Notes under the pieces: generated by a model | What the model saw: the letters and a program-made list of their open reading frames with translations, nothing else | Databases searched by the model: none | What the model was told of the DNA's origin: nothing | Shown here: positions 46,818 through 59,471 of the stretch, in pieces | Layout of the letters: every line of letters starts with the position of its first letter | How positions within the stretch are numbered: position 1 is the stretch's first letter | Program-made: the position numbers and the translations under genes | Origin: Malacoraja senta | Taxonomy: Eukaryota | Assembly: GCA_038087875.1 (NCBI GenBank) | Contig: CM075977.1 | Location: 52,824,001-52,888,000, forward strand | Direction of reading: 5' to 3' | Length of the DNA stretch: 64,000 bases

Positions 46818-47694
46818 AGAAAGTAGGTAGACTTCGATGATAGGCTTGGAATCAGGGGCTGAAGGGCTTGTTTTCATGCTGAATCTCAAAACTAAAACTA
46901 AACATTGACAGGAAGGCTGACGTGTAGAAAGCAGAGCATTGTGGAGGGTGGATCGCAGTGGTGTTCCAAGAGCACAGTTCCAGGAACATCGCATCTGTTT
47001 GGATAAATATAAATGGGTTAGTATAGATGCCTGATAACATATAAAACACTGTATTTGAGGTAAGTGCGAAGCGTGAACAAAATAATAATGGACTGTAGAG
47101 GATATAGATAGGATGGAAGAGTAGGTAGATAGAGTAGGTGGCTATGAAATTAACAGGGATGTGATAGAGTAAGTAAGGAGAGGCATTATGTTAAATGATA
47201 CAATTCTGAAGGGTGTTTATCTTTGAAACTGTAAGACATGTTGAAAGAGGAGTCCATAAAACATGGGGAACAAATGGTGATTATATTAGTAATTGAGTCA
47301 TAGAATCATACAGCACGAAACAAGCCCTTTGACCCCTCATTCATGCTAACCAAGATGCCCCATCTAAGCTAATCCCATTTGCTTGCATTTGGCGTATATC
47401 CCTCTGAACATTTCCTATCCATGTACTTATCCAAGTGTCTTTTAAATGCCGTGATGATATTGAATCATTGTAAAATACTGCTTTGAGGATGGTGTCCAAT
47501 GTTGGTCACCGATTTTTGGAAAGGATATGAAGACCCTAAAATACCTCCAGGGATGAAAGTTTTCAGCTACAAGCTAGGTCTAGAGAAGATGGGGTTATTC
47601 TTGGAGCAAAGTAGGTGAAGAGGAGATATGATGGAGATGAACAAGACCATAATGGGCTCAGATCAAATAGAAATAACTGCTCCCATTAGCAAGA

Positions 47695-47828
47695 ATGACA
47701 CTAAAAGCTGGACTGACTCAGCGGGTCAGACAGCACCTTTGGAGAAAAGGAATAGGTGACGTTTCAGGTCGAGACCCTTCTTCAGACTATCATCGGTTTA
47801 AACCAGCATCTGCAGTTCCTTCCCACAC
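47695..47828 (-). mobile_element. Penelope pLTR-derived element with hammerhead motif
   Basis: Minus strand AGT-CTGAAGAAGGGTCTCGACCTGAAACGTC-ACC plus a short inverted arm. Confidence 0.8.
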
Positions 47829-48269
47829 GCTTCCAATAGCAGTTGCCTCAAGAACCGGAGGACGTAGATTTGTAAAGGAAAAGATATGAGGACATGAGGT
47901 TAAACAATTTTTTTGCAGGGAGTGGTGATAATCTGGAACTGAAGGAGTGTTTGAGTAGAGTAAATCACAGCTTTTATTATTTATTGATTAGACACTTAGG
48001 GTTAAATAAATTGCAGAGGGACAGAGCAGGAGAATAGAACCAAAGATATTTCTCTTGAGGGAGCTAAATTACCTCTTTCTGTGCTCTGACGATTCTTTTG
48101 TAAAACATTTGATAAACTGACATACTCAGTACTGCTGTTTACAGATTAGCAAATTGTCTGTGTTATTGGATAGTTCTCTGATTATTACCCCATTATTAAC
48201 ACTTACCATGTTGTTCACTGGAATCTGGTCGCTGAGAAAACAGTCATTAATTGATGGAAATCCATTTTT

Positions 48270-48572
48270 TGTTTAGTTTAGTATAGTGCGTAAACATGTC
48301 CTTCGGCCACTGTGTCCACACTGACCAGCGATACCCGTACACTGGCACCATCCTACATACTAGGGACAATTTACAATTTTTACCGAAGCCAATTAACCTA
48401 CAAATCTGAACATCATTGGAATGTGGGAGGAAACCGGAGCACCTGGGGAAAACCCACGCAGTCACGGGGAGAACGTACAAACTCCATACAGACAGCACCT
48501 GTAGTCAGGATCTAACCCGGGTCTCTGGAGTTGTAAGGCAGTAACTCTACCGCTGTGCCACCATACGGCCCT
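48270..48572 (-). mobile_element. V-SINE/HE1-like SINE
   Basis: Full-length reverse copy. Confidence 0.85.
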
Positions 48573-50554
48573 AAAATCCAGTGTGGACGATAACCAAAGC
48601 TTTTAATTAAACCTTTCAGATATGTGCTCAATGGCCTGGTTCTGCATCATAAATCTATATAACTCTGGAATTTATGTTCTGAGAACAAGAGGCAATGGCT
48701 TCGAAATGAAGACAAATCAAATCAAATCTCTTTCTATCTGTTTTGAAAGAAATTATTATTTTTTACTTCTTTTACCAGCTGAAACACTTCTGAGGATGGG
48801 ACATGGCAATAAACCACAGCACTGTATCCAAAGGGATACAATGGTTCTTACAATTTGGATATTTGTAACCTGATGTCCCTTCCTCCCTGCCAGCCATAAT
48901 TCGAACCGCAAGCTGTTTAACCAAGGGCTTTGCTCTTGGATGATCCCACTCTATTGTGCGGGACAGACTCTGAAAGAAAAGCATCACTTTATTGATTCAG
49001 CTCACCTGATAATCTTGAGCAAAAGATCACAGTGTTTCTTTTTGCTGAGTGGTTTTGACATTTTCAGCGAGTTATTTTTGGTTTGACAATTTTTCTTTCT
49101 TTCTTTTGCTTGGATTGCCCCTGTCCCAACAATCTGTTTCTTATCAGCTCCTGAGCTTTCACTATTGCCCAGGGTGAGTTATCCTCTGACATTTTGTTCT
49201 GTTCCTTTGCTGGGAATCTAGCTTCCTGGTAACAAGCGGTTGAACTAAGGAACTCAACCGATTTTGTAGGTTAATCGGCATCGGTATGTAATTTGTCCCG
49301 AGTGTGTAGGATAGTGCTAGAGTGTGGGGTGATCTGTGTTCGCCGTGAACTCGGTGGGCTGAAGGGCCTGTTTCCGCGCTATATCTCTAAAGTCTAAACG
49401 ATTTGGGGAACAGCATACTTGTGCTACAGATCGCAGGGCCGATGAGTGATGCTTGGAGTCATGTATGGCCACCAGAATCAAATGTGCTCTATTTGAATTG
49501 AAATGGCATTGAAGGCTCTCCACCATATGCTGGTAAATAGTATTAGTAGCAATAGATATGTGAGAGTCAGCATGGGCATTTTGGGCCAAAAGGTTTGTTT
49601 CTGTGCTGTATGACACTGTCTTCAACATCCACCTCTTATAACACAGAAGAAACTTGTTCACCCAATGTGTATATATTGACGTCTATATTTTACGTGAACC
49701 TTCTGGCCTTTTGCAGGTTAAACAGCTTGTACCCTTATTGCTTTCTGCCTCATGTAATGACCGAGCTTCACATTAAATACATCAGTGCTACCTGTCTCAA
49801 TTGTTCCTTCTTTTTGTGGCTTCCTCTTTTGAACCTTTTGTTAACTAATTATTTTCATATGTTGGTGGCCATCTTCAGACTACTATCAATGTTCTCTAGA
49901 GATGCTACCTAACTTGCTGAGTTACTCCAGCACTTTGTGCTTTTTTTTGCAAACCAGCATCGGCAGTTCTATGTGTCTCAGTATAATTTGACCAGTTCAA
50001 CCCTCTGCTTCAACTCTTTCAAGATGTATTTGATCAGAGATATCTTACTGGTATACCTTTATCAGGACCTCACAACCTCTTCCACTCTGAGAAAAACAAA
50101 CCCAGCCTATCTCACCTCTCCTCATAACCAAACCACTCCATCCCAGGCAAAAGCCTGGCGAATCTCCTCTGCATTCACTCCAGTGCAATTGACGAAATAT
50201 GTCTTTATAACTCTTGCTCTTTCAGTTGTTGGGGTTGGTCTTTATCTTGTACTTCTGTGGTGCGAATAATACATGCCATTTATTATCCCATGCCTGAATG
50301 TTTGCCTTGTGTGGAGTGAATGTTACCAAGACTATCCTGAGTATGGTTTGGATCTTGATGCGTGTGGGGATAGTTTATAATCTGTGGAATTGAAATTATA
50401 TATTTTTTTCATCACAAATAATCATCAGTAAACTTACCCAATACTGATGATGGAGGGGAAATCAGTGCTGAATCTGTTGAAGATGATTGGATGTAGAATA
50501 GTACCCCAGAGATCTCTTCCAGTGATTCTGTGGGATTGGAAATATTTAGGTGTT

Positions 50555-50852
50555 TTTTTGTTTAGTTTAATGATACAGGCGGAAACGGGGCCCTTCGACC
50601 CACCATGGCCTCGCCAACCAGCAATCCCTGCACACTAACACTATCCTACACACACTAGGGATCATCCATATACAATATAACCAATTCAATTAGCCTACAA
50701 ACCTGTACGTCTTTGGAGTGTGGGAGGAATTCGGAGCTCCGGGAGAAAACCCACACAAACTCCATCACACAGACAGCACACGTAATCAGGATCAAACCCG
50801 GATCTTTAGCACTATAAGGCAAGCAACTCTACAACTGTGATACTGTGCAACC
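50555..50852 (-). mobile_element. V-SINE/HE1-like SINE
   Basis: Reverse copy. Confidence 0.8.
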
Positions 50853-51169
50853 CTCTATTGACCTCTTTAAAAAAAAACACAACCATATTTCTTTGTGCTG
50901 GAGACGGATCTAATATCTAGCCAACTTTCTCCCTGATACTCATTGACTTTAATTATACCTCAGCACCTTGATGTCAAATGGTGGATTGCTGACAAGAACT
51001 GTCATCAGTTGTGTTGTCCATGGCTACACTAGGATCGGAGTGGAACAGCAAAAACTGAAAGTACAAGTTATTGCAAGTGCTACTTGATAACTTTGTTGAA
51101 GACATTTTTTAAAATCATTTTGGACCTGATTGAGAATAGACTGATGAGGTGGCATTTGGTTGTATTGGA

Positions 51170-51388
51170 TTTGTTTTGAAATGATCCATTGGGACCATTT
51201 TTGATGTCTATCCTAGAGGGGAGGCATAATCTCAGCGTGACATGACACCTCTAATGGTGTAAGCCTCCCTTGACGCACTATTGTAATATCTGCCTAAATC
51301 GTGTACTTATGTCTTTGAGTGGAACTTGGGAATCTTGAACATCTAACACAGAGGTGTGAATGCTGTCACTGAGTCAAGCCTAACACGT
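51170..51388 (-). mobile_element. Ancient Deu-domain SINE relic (SacSINE1/AmnSINE1-like)
   Basis: gagtggaacttg...cagaggtgtgaatgctgtcactgagtca resembles the reverse of the tRNA head of Deu-SINEs; recalled, not aligned. Confidence 0.45.
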
Positions 51389-52834
51389 TACATAAAAATG
51401 CACAGATTGCGATTTTATTTACCCATGCACCTTGGTTGTTTGTTTCTCAATGTGTTTTCATTTAAGTCATTTCCTTTTTCAATGCCAACACAAATGCTCG
51501 GAGGCACATCCAAAAATGACCTCTCACCTGCAATCCTTGAGCAAATGTTTTAAGTTATGTTTATGGCGAGCCAAAAATATACCCAAAAGAAATGCACATT
51601 TTTTTAGCAAGCATATTTTCACTTACATGCTAAAAATGGATGGTTACAGCAAAATAAAGTCCACTTTTTGTCAATTGCTGCATTTGCTAATGCAAGTCCA
51701 TTTGAGTTAGTAAAAACATTTTTTAAGAGCCTAATGGATATACAAGTGATTGTAAATCTATGGCCTAGTCAGGCAATAGTTTTGCATGGTGCTATTAGTA
51801 TTGACATGTTGCACCTTAGTGTTAGACTACCACATTACATGGGTAACGGCATTTGCCTTGAATTGTTTGACTATCCGTGAAAATGCCGGTACAGTTTTTG
51901 CCACCTGTGGTCTTTCGTAGCACTCCCGCTATTGGTGTGTTGGACTTTTTCATCCAGAGATTTCATTTCATAATTGTCTATTGTCTGCCGTGCAGTTGAA
52001 AGTGCCACATCGGGAAGTGGATGGATAAATGAACTGCTGCCACTGCTAATTACTGAGACAAGGGGTGTTGCAGGCGAAGAGGCATTCCAAATGAAGGGAA
52101 AGGGCTGGTCTGATGGTTTCATTGTGGTGCGTATTAATCCATCACGTTTCTTTCACAGCCTGACAACATCTGGTTGTCCTGACAGCTCGCCAGGGTTGCA
52201 CTTACTCGCCCCCATGGTGGAGAGAAAAGAATAGGTGTTATGCAAACATATTGCATTTATTATGTTTGACAGAAATTATAGAGGACTCTGACCCACAGCA
52301 TGACAGTTATTGGCTGGAAATGAGGGGAGGAGGGCCGAATGTAAGTTTATTGACGTTATTTTTTTTAAACATAATTGTCAAATTTTATTTAGTACATGAA
52401 AAATGGGATCTTTACCCCCTCCCATTACTTGCCTCCTCACATCTTTGTGTACTGATGGATTTTAATTATTTTTCCGATTATCTGCAAAATATCTGCACCA
52501 ATCCGGTCCATTTCTCTAAGGCATGTGAGACGTCAAAGGTCTTGACAGCCTCACGAGTCTATTAATTACCATAATTTTACAGCGACAATGTCACCATGTG
52601 AAGATAGTCACCCGCTCATTTGTAAGGCAGTCTTGCATTGTGGTTCCCTTACTCCTTCACGATTCAACTGAGACCTAGTGGGGTTCAGCGGTGGGTGGGT
52701 AGAAGAGGTAACATTTAAACCAAATGTATCTGGTACAATGCCAAGTGAATTGGAACTGTGGAGGTGGATACAGTGGCATTGTTTAAAAGGTATTTGGACA
52801 AAGAGGGAAGGTTTAGAGGGGTATGGGCCAAATA

Positions 52835-53206
52835 AACAATAGATAATAGATGCAGGAGTAGGCCATTCGGCCCTTCGAGCCAGCACCGCCATTCAATGTA
52901 ATCCATGGCTGATCATCCACAATCAGTACCCCTTTCCTGCCTTCTCCCCATATCCCCTGACTCCGCTATCTTTAAGAGCACTGTCAAACTCTCTCTTGAA
53001 AGTATCTAGAGAACCAGCCTCCACTGCCCTCTGAGGCAGAGAATTCCACAGACTCCAACTCTCTGTGTGAAAAAGTGTTTCCTCATCTCCGTTCCAAATG
53101 CCTTACCCCTGGTTCCGGACTCCCCCAACATTGGGAACATGTGCCCTGCCTCTAGCATGTCAAAACCCTTAATAATCTTATATGTTTCAATAAGATTCCC
53201 TCTCAT
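52835..53206 (-). mobile_element. CR1-type LINE 3' end
   Basis: MRGNLIETYKIIKG...MFPMLGESGTRG...MRKHFFTQRV. Confidence 0.85.
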
Positions 53207-53309
53207 TAGCTACCCTCCAATCCACAGGAACTGATCCTGAATCTATAGAACATTGGAAAATGCAGGCAAATTGGACCCAGTTCAGTTATAAAACTTGGTC
53301 GCCATGCAT

Positions 53310-53488
53310 GAAGTTACTCAGCAGGTCGGGCAGCAACTCTGGAGAAAATGGTGATGCCTCGAGTCAAGACTGAAGAAGGGTCCTGGCCTGAAGTGACACA
53401 TATCCATTTTCTCCAGAGATGCTGCCTGACCCACTGAGTTACTCCAGCATTTTGTGTCTCTTTGGTATAAACCCCAATCTGTAGTTCA
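53310..53488. mobile_element. Penelope pLTR-derived fold-back element
   Basis: Inverted arms around ctgaagaagggtcctggcctgaa. Confidence 0.7.
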
Positions 53489-53706
53489 TTTTTATTAAAT
53501 TTCGCCATGGACAAATCGGGTTGAAGGGCCTGTTTCCATGCTGTATGACTCAATTTAAAAAAGGAGGGAGAGGGAAAGGTGGAAACCACTAATAAGAAAA
53601 ATGGTATAGAGTATTATAAAAGATAAGATGGCCCAGTGGCGCAGCAGTAGATTCTGCTCATCTGATTTATGAATTTATGAAACAGATTATGTATTTTAGT
53701 AACAGA

Positions 53707-54173
53707 TTATCTGTTGAATCTTCTTCTTATCGACTCCACATCACAAGATGAGAAATAGTTTAGCCAGAGCTGAACACACTTCTCGCCATCTGCATACAAT
53801 GGTGTCTTGCGCTCCTTGTTCCTCTTGTGCTTCTTGTGCCTAGTGGTGGAAAGATTGGTGGAAACAGGGCCGCGACATGAACTCTCTTTCCTTGACCCCA
53901 TTTGTTGAATAATATGTTGTTTGGAAGTCCTGATTATTTGGCATTTAGTTGACACAAGTCTGGAATGTGAGTGAAGGGGTCCAGAGTACAAGCAGTGTGT
54001 GGGGCCAGATACAGGCATCCCCATTGCTTTTGAACCAGTGTCCTGACCATGTCTGGAGCCAGAGGTCAACAGTGTGGGTGTGTTTATGGCTGGAGATGAG
54101 GTGTAAAATGCTTGTATGTCTGCCACTCCTTTAAATTCACTGGATTCACTGGAAAATCCATTCACTGGTCTCA
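53707..54173 (-). CDS. Candidate terminal coding exon, product unknown
   Basis: 155-codon open frame in non-repeat sequence, starting at an acceptor-like ttttgttccag|TG; basic patch RHKKHKRNKERK; no partner exon identified. Confidence 0.3.
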
Positions 54174-55424
54174 CTGGAACAAAACTTGTGTTTAGAGATT
54201 AATATATAACAACCAAAGGGCGGCACGATAGGTTGGTTTGTTATATATTATATAATATATATATATATAATATATATTATTAAACCTCCCAGCGGTAGGT
54301 TTGTTGCCTTACAGCACCAGAGACCCGGGTTCGATCCTGACTATGGGAGCTGTCTATATGGAGTTTGTACGTTCTCCCCGTGTCTACCTTTGGAATCTCA
54401 GCTGACAGCGATCTCAGCCATGAAGTCAATGGGGAGGTGGGGCTGGTTTGTGTGATGGACTCGGCAGCATCCACAACTCTGCGGTTTCTTGCGGTCTTGG
54501 GCAGAGCAGTTACCAAAACCAAATTGTGATGCATTCCAATAGGATGCTTTTGACAGTGCATCTGTAGAAATTGGTCAGGGTAATGATAGACTTGCTGGAT
54601 TTCCTTGGTTTTCAGATGACGTAGAGACATTTGTTTTTTTCCAATTTACAGAAACATCGGGTCATTGGATGGTTCTCGGAACCTTTACATGACCAGTGAT
54701 TGTCGATACTTAAAAAGGATAGTTCTCCTGTTCTAAGGAAGATGACTGGGGTATTTAAAAGGCATTTGGACAGGTACATGAATTGGAACGGTTTGGAGGG
54801 ATATCGCCCAAATGCAGGTAGATGGGATTAGTATAGATGGGGCGTCTTGGTCAGCATGGGCAAGTTGGGTCGAAGGGCCTGTTTCCGTGTTGTTTGATTC
54901 TATGACTTGATGACCCTATTTTCTGTGGTTCAGTCTTTCTGCGGTATGGAATTTCTGTGATCCAGCATCAGTCAGGTCCCAAGGGTGCCAGACTAGAGAG
55001 TTTTTGCCTATACTTTAGTGGCTGTAAAACTGTTTGAGATGGTACATGCAAAATACTGGAGCAACTCAACGGGTCAGGCAGCATCTGTGGAAAAAGGAAT
55101 AGGTGACGTTTCAGGTCTGAGCACTTCAACACATTGACCATCTCTTTGAGACGGTGTTGATTTATGATAATTATTGTCACATGTGCTGAGAACGCTGAGA
55201 AATGTTTGCATGCCAACCAGGCAAATCACACCATACTCTAATATTTACAAAGAAAATTTGGACATGAAGAGTGCAGGATGAGGTCCAAAACATGGCAATT
55301 CTTGTGTACTAACTCAGTATGGTCTTAGATTTAGACTTAGTATGTTTTTGCCCAATGTGTAGTAGGATTGTTACTGAATTGTATGCAAATAAAAGCATAT
55401 CACTGTACTTGGGTACAGTGACAA

Positions 55425-56025
55425 TAAAAATAACACTGGACCATTGGATGCATGAGTACAATCAGGCCATAAACAAATACAACAGGTAGTGCAAGCAGAA
55501 GCAGAACCAGGCTGCAGAATATCGTTTTAAAGCAACAGAGACAGTGCAGATTTTTTTTAAAATTCCATGGCTGCGATGAGGTTTGTTGGGAGATTGAGTT
55601 CACACCTTTAGCTTATGAGGAGTCCATTCAGTAGTCTGATACCAGCATGGAAGAAACTGTTCCTGAATCTGGTGGTACTTCCTTTCAAGATTTTATATCT
55701 TCTGTCTGCCAGGAAAGGTGAGAAGAGGAAATGAAGTGGATGCCAGTGATGCTTGACTTTGATGACTGGGATGGGAGTTGATGGAAGGGGGTGGCTGTCT
55801 GATTTGTGTGATGGACTGGGCTGCATCCAGAACTCTCTACAGTTTCATGCTGTCTTGGACAGACCAGTTGCCAACCCAAGTTGTGATGTATCTCAATAGG
55901 ATGCTTTCTACAGTACACCTGTAGACATTGGTAAGAGTTGTGGGAGGTATGCCGAATTTCCTTAGGGAGGAATGCCGAATTTCCTTTTCTGAGGAAGTAG
56001 GGATGTTGGTGAGTTTTCTTGACTA
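55425..56025 (-). mobile_element. Rex1/Babar-type LINE 3' end
   Basis: RRYKILKGSTTRFRNSFFHAGIRLLN; colinear with 14150-14660. Confidence 0.75.
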
Positions 56026-56597
56026 CATAAGAGATGATGTGGAAGACTCCATATAATGCAGGATTGCATTACTTCTGCTTCCTGTGGTTAATGCTTGGCT
56101 AAAGGAACTCAGTTTCAACAGCATGGAAAATACAGAGAGGTCTATATCCCATGGACCAAGAAAGAAATCAAAAAGGATTTCATGTTTGAGTATGGATTGC
56201 TTCCTTCCCTCCCAACATGACATCCACATAAATAAATAGAAATTATACTTGAGTTGTAAACATTGAATGCATTATATAATGAGACTGGGTACTGTACTTC
56301 TGAAATCTTCTCCATTGACTTCAGTGGCATTGAATAGTTGATGTGGATATACAGGCAGTTCCACTGGGGTTAGATTCAGATTCACCTGCAATCACTCTGA
56401 GCTGAGGCTGCTACTCTGGTTTGCTTGGACAATAGATGCGGCAGGAGGTTTTTGAACATAGAATATAGAACAAAAGAGCATGTCGTTTGGCCCACAATGT
56501 TTGTGCCAAACATGATGCAAAGAACAACGCTTATCTGCATAATCCATATCTGTCCATTTTCTGCATATCAATATGCAAATCGAAAAGTCAAGAGTAG

Positions 56598-56912
56598 CAG
56601 TGCTGGTAAAACTGCTGCGTCACAACGTCAGAGACCTGGGTTTCGATCCTGACCTCAGGCGCTGTCAGTGTGGAATTTGCACATTCTGCCCGTGATTGTG
56701 TGGGTTTCCTCCGGGTGTTCCGGTTTCCTCCCACATCCTGAAGACTTGCAGGTTTGTAGATTAATTGGCGTCTGTAAATTTCCCTCAGTGTGTAGGGAGT
56801 AGGTGCAAAAGTAGTATAACATAGAACTAGTGTGAATGAATGTTTAATGGTCGATGTGGAATCAGTGAGTCGAAGGGCCTGTTTCCATGTTGTATCTCTA
56901 AACTGAACTAAA
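56598..56912 (+). mobile_element. V-SINE/HE1-like SINE
   Basis: Forward copy with tail. Confidence 0.8.
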
Positions 56913-57254
56913 TGCTGTTATTGTATCACTATCGTACTTGACTTTTCACATCAGGACAGTGTAGATTATTTTAGGTTACCAGAATATTGTTCTTATCTCC
57001 TCATTTCTGCTGAGTTCAATTTAATGAAAATTGAGAGCGATGAATGATAGGGGAAATCACTGGTTTTAAATTGGCACCCAAAATCACCTCCTCTTTGAAA
57101 CCAATGATTGAGTACCTTGGCCTTCAAATCTGGCTGGGGATCAAGTTGAAGAGATAAAATGGCTGATCGTTGTGTTGGTAGTGGTAGCATTACTGGCTGG
57201 ATTCACAAGATTGACCTTTAAATCTCTTTTCCTTAATCCCATTGAAATGTTGCA

Positions 57255-57608
57255 AAATTATGGGAGGGATAGATAGGGTGGACACTCGGAATGGTTTTCC
57301 CAGGATGTAAATGGCAAAGGCTGGAGGGCATAGCAATATGGTGCAAGGTGCATAGTTTAAAGGAGATGTGCTGGGCGAGTTTTTTTCCACATTGAGTGGT
57401 GCATGCGTGGGGTGCTCTGACAGGGGTGGTGGTGGAAGCTGACACGATAGTGGCATTTAAGAAGCTTTTAGTTAGGCACATGGATGTGTAGAAAATGGAG
57501 GGATATGGATCATGTGTAGGCAGAGGAGATTGGTTTAACTTGGCATTATGTTTGGCACAGATGTTACCTGCTAAAAGGCCTGTTCCTATGCTGTATTGCT
57601 CTATGTTT
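57255..57608 (+). mobile_element. CR1-type LINE 3' end (older subfamily)
   Basis: gatagatagggtggac...gcctgttcctatgctgtattgctctatgtt. Confidence 0.7.
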
Positions 57609-58584
57609 TAATGTCAATGAAGGAATGTTCCTAAAGTACATGAACTGTGGACTAACATGGGCTTCAGACACTGTGACAAAGTATTATATTGACTGTAGTC
57701 AAGGATGAGTGAATAGAAAACAGAATGGAAAACAGATAAAACGGGTTAAAATGGGTCATTTTTAGGTTGAGGAGCTATTGTGCAATCAAGTCCCATTGGG
57801 ATTAACGCTGGTGCCCCATCTATTCACAATCCACGTCAATAATTTTTTGTGTTCAAGGGCTCCTTATTGTCATGTCTACCAACGTACAGTGAAATTCCTT
57901 TTTTTGCATGCAGTTCAGTAAAATGAGTGCAAGAGTGGGCACAAGAGTGCAAGAATAGTAGATTATACTGAGGCAGTACACAAGAGTCACCAAGTTTCCG
58001 GTGCCATTTTGTGTGATTCGAGTCCAACGTTGTTAACAATATAGAATCTTAACTCTGCCATAAAGATATAAACTTTGTCATAGTGGTGGCACTTTTGATG
58101 AGAGGATCAAGTGTAATAATTGTCAACATTTGCTGATATTACAAAAACAGTATGGGCTAAGGAGAGGAGGCAGAACGGATCCAGGGTTAGGCAGGTAATG
58201 TGAATGCAGTGAATGGGCAAATACATGGCAGGCGGAATATGGTGTGTAAAAATACAAGGGAATCCACTTCAGTAACAAGATTTTCTCCAGAGATGCTGCC
58301 TTACCAGTGCTGAGTTGGTGTCTATTTGTGTCTATCTTTGGTATAAACCAGCATCTGCAGTTCCTTCCTACACATAGAAAAGAAGAGTGTCTTTTAAATG
58401 GTGAGACCCGCAAGACCCGGGAGTGAGTAGCTTTTGGTTGTACAGAAATCACTGAAAATTAATGTGCAGGTTCGGCAAGCAATCAGGAAGGGAAATTATA
58501 CATTGATCTTAATTTGCAAGAGTCCTACTCCAATTATGTTGAACCTTCATGAAATTATATCTGAAAATTATATAGCCTCCTTTC

Positions 58585-58957
58585 CTAACTCAGCAGGTCA
58601 GGCAGCATCTTTGGAGAAAGAGAAAGAGATTTGGATCGAGACTGTTTTTCAGACTGAGTCATGGGGAGGGAAACTAGAGGTATGAAAATATTCAGAACAA
58701 ATCAGAACTGGCACCGATGACCAAGGAAAGGTGGAGCCAACAATGGTCCATTGTTGGCTGTGGAAAAGGTGATAACAAAGGGATATATGAATGCGAACAG
58801 TGAAACTAGCAGGACAATTAGAGTGGGAGAGGACATGCAAGGGTTACTTGAAATTAGAGAAATCAATATTCATACCGCTGGGTTGTAAGCTGCTCAAGTG
58901 AAATATGAGATGCTGTTCCTTCAATTTGCCTGCGGCCTCACTCTGACATTGGAGGAA
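58585..58957 (-). mobile_element. Penelope 3' end including GIY-YIG C-terminus
   Basis: Minus strand encodes EAAGKLKEQHLIFHLSSLQPSGMNIDFSNFK-stop; colinear with 16921-17330. Confidence 0.85.
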
Positions 58958-59471
58958 AGTGATAGGAGAGAAGCAGATTTTATGTTGTCCCAGCGAGGTA
59001 TCCAGTACCAAAATTCGCAATCACAAAATAAGAGGTTGGCTAAAGGGCACAAAGCGCAGGAGTAACTCACTAGATCAGGCAACATCTCTGGAGAACATGG
59101 ATTGGTGATGATAGGCGATGCTTTGGGTCTGAACCCTCCTCCAGACTAATTGTTCAGGGTGGAGAAGAAAGCTGGGAGAGAGGAGAGAAAGGAAAAAGCA
59201 TGGACACAGACGAGGAATTTTGATAGTCAGATAGTTGGAACAAAGGGCAGAGGTAAAAGCAGAAGATTTGAAGAATTGAGCAATTGTGAAGCCAGAGAAA
59301 GGAATGTGGGAGTAGGGGGAGCGGAGGAATAGGTGGGAGTCCAAGTGAGGCACATGGGAGGGGAGGAGAAAGGGACATGTGGGGAAAAAAGAGGTTGTTC
59401 GAGGTTACCAAAAGAGAATTCCATGTTCATACCTTGGAATGTAAGCTACCCAGAAGTTGGCTATTCACATT

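Noticed and set aside
56248-56385. Possible upstream exon for the 53707-54173 frame (also 56993-57215 and a 26-nt candidate near 62409-62434)
   Set aside because: Weak acceptors, or stops in all frames before a good donor; cannot be supported without transcripts.
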